In this document: piece by piece, positions 7,344-15,214 of the stretch
How the letters are laid out: every line of letters starts with the position of its first letter
How positions within the stretch are numbered: the stretch's first letter is position 1
Assembly (NCBI GenBank): GCA_046485025.1
Contig: JAWOHU010000111.1
Span: forward strand, 1 to 24,648
Direction: 5' to 3'
DNA: 24,648 nt
From: Candidatus Cloacimonadaceae bacterium
GTDB lineage: Bacteria; Cloacimonadota; Cloacimonadia; Cloacimonadales; Cloacimonadaceae
Position numbers and translations under genes: made by a program
The notes under the pieces: model-generated
What the model was told of the DNA's origin: nothing
Databases searched by the model: none
The model's input: the letters and a program-made list of their open reading frames with translations, nothing else

Positions 7344-10300
7344 TTATTTCAGGATTATCATTTTACGGGTGAAGTTACCTGAATCTGTTTTCAAACGCAG
7401 TAAGTAAACGCCTCCGGAAACAGGTTTGTTCCGGTTGTCAGTTCCACGCCAGACAAGAGCATGCTGTCCTGCCGATAGTTTTTCATTGACTAAAGTACGC
7501 ACTAATTGTCCTTTCAGATTATATACGCTCAGATTGGCATGTGAACCTGATTTCAGACTGAACCGGATGGTTGTTTCCGGATTGAAGGGATTGGGATAAT
7601 TCTGCTGCAGATATGTATAATTAATGCCCAGATCATCTTCTGCGCCGCTAACCTGAACTACTACAGAGTCACTGGGCTCTGAGTTTCCCATATCGTATAC
7701 GGCAAGCAGATAATAGGTATAGACATCAGTAGCAGAAATGGGTTCACTGAAATATTGGTCATATTCACTTAACTGGCTGACCATTTCGCCGTTACGAAAA
7801 ACTTTATAAGTCTCCAGTTCGGGATAAAGTCCTCTTATAACCGGCGGTTGATTCTGGCTTTCTCCGAGTTTAAGTCTCATTTTCCAGTTATGGTTGATGG
7901 AAAAGCCGGTAGCAAGATCACTCAAGACATCATTTATAATGATTTGATTCGCTCCTGCAGTAGGTGTGTCGGCATCATCAAGCATTAATCCGCCCGTTGT
8001 TTCTATTTCAAAACGGTATGAATCAGTAGGTGAATTTATCGCAAAACCCCAGATCTCAATTTCATTCCACTGCCCCGGGACAGGATCACTTAGCAGATGC
8101 TCATACAACTGAAATTCGTCATCAGGATAGCACTGATAAACTTTCAGGTTATACGGCAGATCGGAAGCAGGAACAAAAGCAACGCTGATGATATCCATAT
8201 TAATACAACTGATCAATTCGCCAGGTGAAAACTTAACACTGGCTTTGTAAGAATCCTGAAACGTAAACGGTACAGAAGTACCTTGGGAATCTTTGCCAAA
8301 GATCTTTTTTCCGTCATCCGGGCGGTCCCAGGTAAGTTGCACCATGCCGTTTTCCACTTCCGCAGCAAGGGCTGTAACCTGATGCAGAACGGGCGGGCCA
8401 GCTACCACTTCATATACCGGAGTCCAGGTCAGACCGTCTTCATACACAGCAGCAACACCATAAGAATATATCTCACCAAATATGACACCTGTGTCGATAA
8501 ATTGAACCTGATTAATCAGATTCGCTACAACTACAGTTTCTTCGCCATAATAACGCTCAATCTTATAGCCCAAAAGGACTCTGTCATCAAGGGACGGCGC
8601 TTCCCAATTGATCTCTACGCCGGCTACACAGCCAATCAGAGTTACGTTCTGGGGTGGAAGGAGCAGACGGTAATAATGAACTTCACTTTCCCAAATACTC
8701 CCATCCTGATATGAGGCAATCAATTGATATCCCACTTCCTCGTCATTACAGACAAGAGAGTCAAGGTAATTGGTTGAGTAGAGAATTGGAGTGGCGGGGA
8801 TGTCATTTATAGAATGTATGATTACTCCATTCCTTTTCAGATTAATCTGGGATAATCCACCATTAATATGATAAGCTTGTATCAGGATGCTGACATAATC
8901 ATCACCATTGTCATCACTTTGGAAGCTTATATAAGGCAGGTTGAGAGGAGAAACCATAACCCGGGCAGCATTGGAGATATTACTTTCTCCCTCGGAATAC
9001 ACTGCTATGACATAGTATAAATGTTCTCCCCAGGCAGGATTTACATCTTCATAAAAGGTAAAAGTCGTGGGTGTTGAATTCAGAAGCTGATGATCTTTGT
9101 AAAGGTTGTAACCAATGAAGCTCCTGTCGTCCCAGGGTTCAAATTCCTGGCCCAGAACCCTGATCATTGCATCCTGCCAGGGAAGATTCTGCCAAAAAGT
9201 ATCACCGTCTGACTTATATACAGTATGACTGGTGCTGACATCTGTAACTCCGATGCTGAACATGCTATCCATAACATATTTTACTCCGATATAAAACGGA
9301 GTTTGGGGTTGAATTGTCAGCCAGAGAGGGAATTGTACCCACTGAGGATATCCCGGAACATCGGGGATGAATTCAAATATCTTAGGTTCTGAGAACAGCG
9401 GTTGATTCAAATCAGGATGACCATCAGTTTCATAAAATCCCACAATTTCAACCTGAGATGATTCCATCGATTTCATCGCCAGTTTAATAGCGCCAATGCT
9501 CAATTCCCAATCATTAACATATCTTGTAACCAGATATTCATATTCGTTAACCATAAAAGGATAATAGAATTCATCAGCAGGTGGACTGTCATGAAATAGC
9601 TGAAGCGCACTATCACCTGAATTTTCATACACCCGATCCCAGCTGATGTTTGCCAGCGGACCATCCATAGTATTATAAACATTTGCAGTCAGACGGTAAG
9701 GTTCCATCAAAGGCTGTTCAGGTACAAGGTAGAAATTATGCATATAACTTTCACCGCTGACAAGGTTAGTTACATATGATGTGCTGTCATCGTATCCGAA
9801 AGCCTGGATGCTTAGGTTGACTAATGAATCAGGTTGAACAGGCAGAGAATAATTACCATTGATGTCAGAACGGGTATAACAGTCCCCGTCAGATATCAAA
9901 GCCCCGGTTACAGGATGCATATCAAAATCCCATATTTCTCCGGTTAACAGAGCAGGAGTTTGATAGTTCTGGTCACGCAGCACGATATCGTCAAAACGCC
10001 AGAACATAAGGTTGGAACTATTGTTACCATATACGCGTAACCTGAACTTAATGGTTCCTGAGCTGATGTAATCAACTAAGTTGTGGCTGAACTCCTGTAG
10101 AGGCATATTTATATTGTGCACACCGGTATTATGCTGTTGCAGAGTTAACCAGTTACTGCCATCCGTACTGATTTCGACTGCCATATGCAAAGTAGTATCA
10201 GCATTCATGGCAGACCCCAATGTTTTATAATCAAGGTAGAGGGCAGTGCAGGATGTTATGTCAAAGCTGCGTGAAACAAGACTTGAATTGAAATCGTTTA

Positions 10301-10484
10301 TTTCAGGCAATCCTGTAAACCTGAGATGAAAGCCATATACATCCATAATTTTCCAGTTCTCACATACCGGCTCACAGGTCCAGCTATTGGTATATAATCT
10401 GCCTGTTTCAAAACCTTCATGCATAAAAACCGCATGCAGGAGAGTGACCATAGTCAATACAGCTATCAGCAGATACTTTTTCAT
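7344..10484 (-). CDS. Large secreted multi-domain protein (MAM/adhesin-like N-domain, carboxypeptidase-regulatory-like domain, FN3-like modules, C-terminal FlgD-Ig/T9SS-type sorting domain)
   Basis: Signal peptide MKKYLLIAVLTMVTLLHA. FN3-like GYNLYK...VIAVY and YKVFRNG...LAVY modules. C-terminus LQQNYPNPFNPETTIRF...YNLKGQLVRTL...WRG...GVYLLRL. SD AAGGAG. Confidence 0.85.
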   Translation of the reverse strand: MKKYLLIAVLTMVTLLHAVFMHEGFETGRLYTNSWTCEPVCENWKIMDVYGFHLRFTGLPEINDFNSSLVSRSFDITSCTALYLDYKTLGSAMNADTTLHMAVEISTDGSNWLTLQQHNTGVHNINMPLQEFSHNLVDYISSGTIKFRLRVYGNNSSNLMFWRFDDIVLRDQNYQTPALLTGEIWDFDMHPVTGALISDGDCYTRSDINGNYSLPVQPDSLVNLSIQAFGYDDSTSYVTNLVSGESYMHNFYLVPEQPLMEPYRLTANVYNTMDGPLANISWDRVYENSGDSALQLFHDSPPADEFYYPFMVNEYEYLVTRYVNDWELSIGAIKLAMKSMESSQVEIVGFYETDGHPDLNQPLFSEPKIFEFIPDVPGYPQWVQFPLWLTIQPQTPFYIGVKYVMDSMFSIGVTDVSTSHTVYKSDGDTFWQNLPWQDAMIRVLGQEFEPWDDRSFIGYNLYKDHQLLNSTPTTFTFYEDVNPAWGEHLYYVIAVYSEGESNISNAARVMVSPLNLPYISFQSDDNGDDYVSILIQAYHINGGLSQINLKRNGVIIHSINDIPATPILYSTNYLDSLVCNDEEVGYQLIASYQDGSIWESEVHYYRLLLPPQNVTLIGCVAGVEINWEAPSLDDRVLLGYKIERYYGEETVVVANLINQVQFIDTGVIFGEIYSYGVAAVYEDGLTWTPVYEVVAGPPVLHQVTALAAEVENGMVQLTWDRPDDGKKIFGKDSQGTSVPFTFQDSYKASVKFSPGELISCINMDIISVAFVPASDLPYNLKVYQCYPDDEFQLYEHLLSDPVPGQWNEIEIWGFAINSPTDSYRFEIETTGGLMLDDADTPTAGANQIIINDVLSDLATGFSINHNWKMRLKLGESQNQPPVIRGLYPELETYKVFRNGEMVSQLSEYDQYFSEPISATDVYTYYLLAVYDMGNSEPSDSVVVQVSGAEDDLGINYTYLQQNYPNPFNPETTIRFSLKSGSHANLSVYNLKGQLVRTLVNEKLSAGQHALVWRGTDNRNKPVSGGVYLLRLKTDSGNFTRKMIILK

Positions 10485-10493
10485 TTTTACTCC

Positions 10494-12941
10494 TTACTTT
10501 ATCAATGTCATCTTATGTGTTAAGTTATAATTGCTGCCTTTAATCTTCATAAAGTAGATTCCGGTGCTGCAGGATGCACCTTTATCATTCTTGCCATCCC
10601 AAATCAGGTAGTTCATTCCTGCTTTCGAAGCGATGGCAGGATATTTTTTGACAACCTGACCTTTGGTGTTGTAAATGACAATTTCGACTGTCTCAGTTTT
10701 AGGTAGATCATAACTAATATTGGTGTTTGCATAAAAGGGATTAGGGTAGTTATCAACTTTAACGCTAAAACTTGGCAAGGGATCATTTTCAACTGAAGTT
10801 GATGAATAATCAAGACAGTAAATGCCATTATTGAAAGGATTCATCCACAGTTTGCCATTTCTGTCCGACTCAACTTGTGTTATATGACTGGTGGGAAGGG
10901 GTGTGTTGCTGCGGTTGTAAACTGCATAGTTCATTCCGTCATAATAAATCAATCCCTGATCAAGGGTTGCCAGCCAGAGACAATCATTTTCATCAACCGT
11001 GAGATCGGTTACGATTATACCTTCCAAATCAGCCACAGAATTCCACGTACTTCCAAAATAGCTGGCAATTCCATTATCAGTGGATGCCCAAATCCTTCCT
11101 GCCGCATCTCGCACTAGAGATGATGTTTCCCAACCAGGAAGACCTGAATTCGTCGGGTTGAAGTATTGCCATTGATAGGAAGCCGAATTGGAAATATCCA
11201 CTTTGTAAACACCAACAACAGTCGACACCCAGACTATGGGTGCGTCGTGCTGTGCCAGAACATCTGTAATTGTATTGGAATATAATCCTGTTACCGTTGT
11301 CATGTTATACTGGGTCCAGGCGATGTTATCATAAACAGCTATCCCGTCTGTTCTGGTACCAGCCCACAAGTGACCGTTGAAATCTTCCTGCGCATTGCTG
11401 GCATAGATAAAAGGATACCCGGAAGTTTCAGTATCATATATCTGCCAAGCTGTATCTGTTTTTCGGCAGATTCCTCCATACATATCGAATAAATCAGCTG
11501 CATTGGAATTAGCATCACCGGTAGCAATAAGTACAGCGCCCTGCCTGTCAAAGCTGACATCATTCACAACATAATTCTGATAATCATTGTAGTTATAATA
11601 TTCCCAGTTATTATCATCAAATCCCATAAGTGAGGTTTGAAGGGGTATATCACCCCAAACGTACCAGCCTGTTCCAAACCAGGTTTTGCCATTATTATCA
11701 GATTTAATATCCCAAATGCTGTTAAGCCCCTTGACCGGAGTATCCGGAAAGATGTCCGGCAGGATAAACTGATTATTTCTGTAACATATCATTGTGTCAT
11801 CATATAGGGCAATCCACATCGTGTTTGTGCAATCCATAAACAGATTCTGAAGCATGATGTCAGTTAAATACCCATCAGGATCAGCAAGAGCAGCCCAGGT
11901 GTCATTCTGGAATTTAAGTATTCCACCAGTGATTGTGTTGATGTATAATTCATCCTGATTGCCGATAGCAACATCCCAATACATATTAGTCAGATCTGTT
12001 GTATATTTTGTGAATGTTGTTCCGTTATATTTGAAAAGCCCGTTATCCACACTGCCCGAAAGACAAAACCAGATATTTCCCTGGCTGTCTTCGACAACAT
12101 TCTTAATATACCAGTCTTTAAGAGGTTCATTCGGATCATCTGCAATCTGTGTATTAAACACATCCCATCCGTTTGCTGTAATATGAAGCAAACCACCACC
12201 TACGTATGGATCGGGATCGACATCGCCGGAAAATGCTATCCATAACGAACCGTCATTGGCTCTGGTCATGGACATGACTGTGTTGGAAGGAAGACTTGAA
12301 TTGGTTTTGGTATAATACTGCCAGCTCTGGTCAGCAGGATTATAACAGGATAGACCGCCATCTGAAAATCCATTCATGGCATAGCCAATCCACAGTTTTC
12401 CTGAACTGTCAAATTCAAGACAGGTAATGTTATTGGAATGGAAAGGAGAATCAGTATAATTCATGGTTGACCAAGTCCCATCACTATGCAGCACACTGAT
12501 CCCTCCACAAAGCTGACTGTCAAAAGCAAATGCAAGGTGCGAAAACCAGTAATTTCCTGATGTATCTCTGGCCATATCAGTTATAAAATTCGAATTCAAT
12601 CCGCTGTTGGCTGTAGTGAGTAACTCGGAATACAGGAGCTGAGGATTGTACCTGATGACTCCAAATGGACTGGCAAACCATTGATAGGTATCGTCTTCAA
12701 AAAAAGATTGATAATTATAGGGATTTGTGTATGCAGTCCAACTGAAATCCGGTCTGTTTGAACTTGCCATCAAATCTTTCTTAACTGCGACTTGTTTACC
12801 GTGTTCATGATATGGACGATACACGGCAGTTGGTATTTGTTTCGAATCTGTAATAGCATACAAACTGATACAAAATGCTAAAATCAGCATAATCATTATA
12901 AAGTGACGGAATTTCCCATGCTTAAATACTAAGCGAGACAT
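10494..12941 (-). CDS. Secreted beta-propeller protein with two-component-regulator-propeller (Reg_prop)-like repeats and a C-terminal FlgD-Ig/T9SS-type domain
   Basis: Many D-x-x-G-x-x-W repeats (DTSGNYW, DSSGKLW, DSQGNIW, DNNGKTW, DFNGHLW, DAAGRIW, DRNGKLW) and NSGL/NSSLP motifs. C-terminus NYPNPF...YNTKGQVV...WDG...GIYFMKI. SD GGAGG. Confidence 0.85.
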   Translation of the reverse strand: MSRLVFKHGKFRHFIMIMLILAFCISLYAITDSKQIPTAVYRPYHEHGKQVAVKKDLMASSNRPDFSWTAYTNPYNYQSFFEDDTYQWFASPFGVIRYNPQLLYSELLTTANSGLNSNFITDMARDTSGNYWFSHLAFAFDSQLCGGISVLHSDGTWSTMNYTDSPFHSNNITCLEFDSSGKLWIGYAMNGFSDGGLSCYNPADQSWQYYTKTNSSLPSNTVMSMTRANDGSLWIAFSGDVDPDPYVGGGLLHITANGWDVFNTQIADDPNEPLKDWYIKNVVEDSQGNIWFCLSGSVDNGLFKYNGTTFTKYTTDLTNMYWDVAIGNQDELYINTITGGILKFQNDTWAALADPDGYLTDIMLQNLFMDCTNTMWIALYDDTMICYRNNQFILPDIFPDTPVKGLNSIWDIKSDNNGKTWFGTGWYVWGDIPLQTSLMGFDDNNWEYYNYNDYQNYVVNDVSFDRQGAVLIATGDANSNAADLFDMYGGICRKTDTAWQIYDTETSGYPFIYASNAQEDFNGHLWAGTRTDGIAVYDNIAWTQYNMTTVTGLYSNTITDVLAQHDAPIVWVSTVVGVYKVDISNSASYQWQYFNPTNSGLPGWETSSLVRDAAGRIWASTDNGIASYFGSTWNSVADLEGIIVTDLTVDENDCLWLATLDQGLIYYDGMNYAVYNRSNTPLPTSHITQVESDRNGKLWMNPFNNGIYCLDYSSTSVENDPLPSFSVKVDNYPNPFYANTNISYDLPKTETVEIVIYNTKGQVVKKYPAIASKAGMNYLIWDGKNDKGASCSTGIYFMKIKGSNYNLTHKMTLIK

Positions 12942-13302
12942 TTTTTCCTCCTTGGTTTTGTTGTAGTATTGATATTATATCTTCCAGCATAAATGGTTTT
13001 TCTTTGAATTGGATATTTTTCAATGATAATAAGTTCTCACTCAAATATGGATTTGGAAGATCACGATAAACCAGAATTCTCATATCGTATCCATCTTTCA
13101 TTGTCCCTAATAAATATTTCCTGTTGCTTTCAGGATCAATATCAAAGTCTATGATTACAGCTTCAATTGCGTCATGATTGTTTTTTATCAGGTTATCAGC
13201 TTCAATGATCGTCGTGAGAAAAATTGATTCGACGTCCATCCGTCTCAGGGCTCTGTGCAGAGACTGTTTTAACAACAAGTCTTGAACTACAATAATAATC
13301 AT
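12922..13302 (-). CDS. Stand-alone, atypical receiver (CheY-like) protein
   Basis: 126 aa with beta1 IIIVVQD, beta3 AVIID (D52) and K102-P103 (EKPF). The first acidic residue is Q and the beta4 Thr/Ser is absent. SD AGGAG. Confidence 0.7.
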   Translation of the reverse strand: MIIIVVQDLLLKQSLHRALRRMDVESIFLTTIIEADNLIKNNHDAIEAVIIDFDIDPESNRKYLLGTMKDGYDMRILVYRDLPNPYLSENLLSLKNIQFKEKPFMLEDIISILQQNQGGKNVSLSI

Positions 13303-13451
13303 TTTTTAAACTCCTTTGCTTTTCATATAAAACAAAAGTTGTTCTCAGAAAATCATATTACGCCGATACTTCCTATCTTTATGATAGAAATACATTTAGC
13401 CTATGAGATACACAAAATTCATTATATTCATTATGACTTACTGTATTATTG

Positions 13452-13462
13452 TGGACAGTCCA
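13452..13462. promoter_or_regulatory. Perfect palindrome TGGAC-A-GTCCA in the divergent intergenic region; candidate operator/UAS
   Basis: Seen directly; a half-site TGGACA recurs near 13508. Function is unproven. Confidence 0.3.
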
Positions 13463-13558
13463 TTATGAACTATGGTGAGCAATAACGTGGTTTTTTTAAG
13501 AAATCTCTGGACAAAAGATGGATTGCTGTTTTTGAGACTTTTATATCTATAATAACGG

Positions 13559-15214
13559 ATGATAGAAATGCAGCAAAGAAAAGTAAAAGAAAACAGGAAT
13601 GTTATCAAACGGGCTGAGACATTACTAAAAAATGCTTCTGAAGCTTGGAAAAGCGGTAATTACAGCGAAGGCAAGACATATGCGGAGGCAGCCTTAGAGC
13701 TCGGAATTATCGAAAGAAATTTAACGATTCAGGCTCATGCATCACATATTTTGGGGACAATCTATGCTTATCTTGATGCCTATGACCTGGCTTTGGAAAA
13801 TTATCTGAAAGCCCAACGTCTGAACGATAAATTGGGTGAAAAAACCAGGCAAGCTGAAGCCTTGAACAGCATGGGCGATATCTACATCAAGCTATCCGAT
13901 ATTCCTAAAGCTACTGAGTGTTTTGAAAAAGCCCATATGTTGTATCCGGAATATGAGCGGTGCATTAATAATCTTGGCTACCTGAAAATGTTAAAAGGTG
14001 AGTTGGATGAAGCAATCCGCTTTTACAGGATGGCGTGCAAGATTTCTGCATCAAACGGCAGTCTGCGCAGCGAGATAATCTCTCATATCAATATATCTGA
14101 TGCTTTATGTAAACTGGGTAAACCAGAGCTTGCCCTCGAAGAACTTAAGGCTGCAGATATTCTTATAAATAAAGGAAAAATTGAAACTCCCAATGAAATC
14201 AGGTGCGCTCTTCTTCTCAACCTGTCGTATGTAAAACAAATGCTCGACGATGATGTGAATGCCTTGTCTCATCTGAACGATGCATTAGATCTTTCTCAAA
14301 CTGCTCAGCTAAAAGATTACCAACAAAAATCATTTCATATGCTGGCAAGCTATAACGCGGCAAAAGAAAACTGGAAACAGGCTTATTTCAATCTGATGGA
14401 ATTCACAAATTTAAATACGCAGATACTTAGCAGCAATATGATCCAGAAATTAAGCAATCTCCAGAATTTCTATGCCAAGGAAACCCGCGATCTGATCACC
14501 ATGAATCTCACAGAAAAATCAGCCCGGCTGGCTACACTTGGGATTTTATCCACCAGCATAACCCATGAGTTGAACCAACCTCTCTCAGCAATTCGTATCT
14601 CCTCGGAAAGTATACTGTACTGGATTAAAAAGGAATCTATCGTAATGCCGATGAATTTTAACGTTGAATTGAATCATATCCTCGAAGGGATAAAACGCAT
14701 AGAAAATGTTGTTCGAATTATCCGGCAGTTCTGGAATTCCGGCAGAGATTCAGTTCTAGTCCGGTGTGATCTTGGCCTCACGATAGACAAATGCATCAGT
14801 CTGGTATCCCGCAGGATGTTTGCACACGGAATCACCCTTGAATATGATAATCCAGCTGAGAATTTCTATCTGGAAGTATCTGAGATTCACCTGCAGCAGA
14901 TTATTATAAATCTATTAAACCATTGTATTAATCTGCTGGAAAACTCTCCTGCCAAACATAAAATCCTGTTAATCAAAACGGATAATAACAAAGGCAGAAA
15001 CCTACTTACAGTTATGCAGGATGGTTCACAGATTACTGCTGAAATGCTCAGCCGGTTATTTAATCCTTTTAGTTCTGAAGATGTTAACAATGACAATGAA
15101 ATGGACATTGCAATTGTAAAACATCTTTGTGATAATTACCAGTACAAGCTGAATCCCATACAGCAAAAAAAACAGTTTTGGGGGTTTGTTATTGATTTTG
15201 GAGCAAACAGATGA
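13559..15214 (+). CDS. Cytoplasmic TPR-repeat histidine-kinase-like protein with a degenerate ATP-binding domain (pseudokinase or phosphotransferase)
   Basis: N-terminal TPR-like helices (LGTIYAYLDAYDLALENYLKA; NNLGYL) and no TM helix. H-box THELNQPL (H336) is intact. N-box is NLLNHC, G1 is MQDGSQ, F-box is LFNPF and G2 is DNEMDIAI. Confidence 0.85.
   Translation: MIEMQQRKVKENRNVIKRAETLLKNASEAWKSGNYSEGKTYAEAALELGIIERNLTIQAHASHILGTIYAYLDAYDLALENYLKAQRLNDKLGEKTRQAEALNSMGDIYIKLSDIPKATECFEKAHMLYPEYERCINNLGYLKMLKGELDEAIRFYRMACKISASNGSLRSEIISHINISDALCKLGKPELALEELKAADILINKGKIETPNEIRCALLLNLSYVKQMLDDDVNALSHLNDALDLSQTAQLKDYQQKSFHMLASYNAAKENWKQAYFNLMEFTNLNTQILSSNMIQKLSNLQNFYAKETRDLITMNLTEKSARLATLGILSTSITHELNQPLSAIRISSESILYWIKKESIVMPMNFNVELNHILEGIKRIENVVRIIRQFWNSGRDSVLVRCDLGLTIDKCISLVSRRMFAHGITLEYDNPAENFYLEVSEIHLQQIIINLLNHCINLLENSPAKHKILLIKTDNNKGRNLLTVMQDGSQITAEMLSRLFNPFSSEDVNNDNEMDIAIVKHLCDNYQYKLNPIQQKKQFWGFVIDFGANR

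Noticed and set aside
13282-13485. 67-aa ORF as a signalling-peptide precursor
   Set aside because: It has a TTG start without an SD, overlaps the receiver gene start on the other strand, and has no signal-peptide character.
13303-13558. Sigma54 -24/-12 promoter in the divergent spacer
   Set aside because: The closest candidates (minus-strand CGGCGTAATATGA; plus-strand GCAATAACGTGG) lack the required GG-N10-GC spacing.
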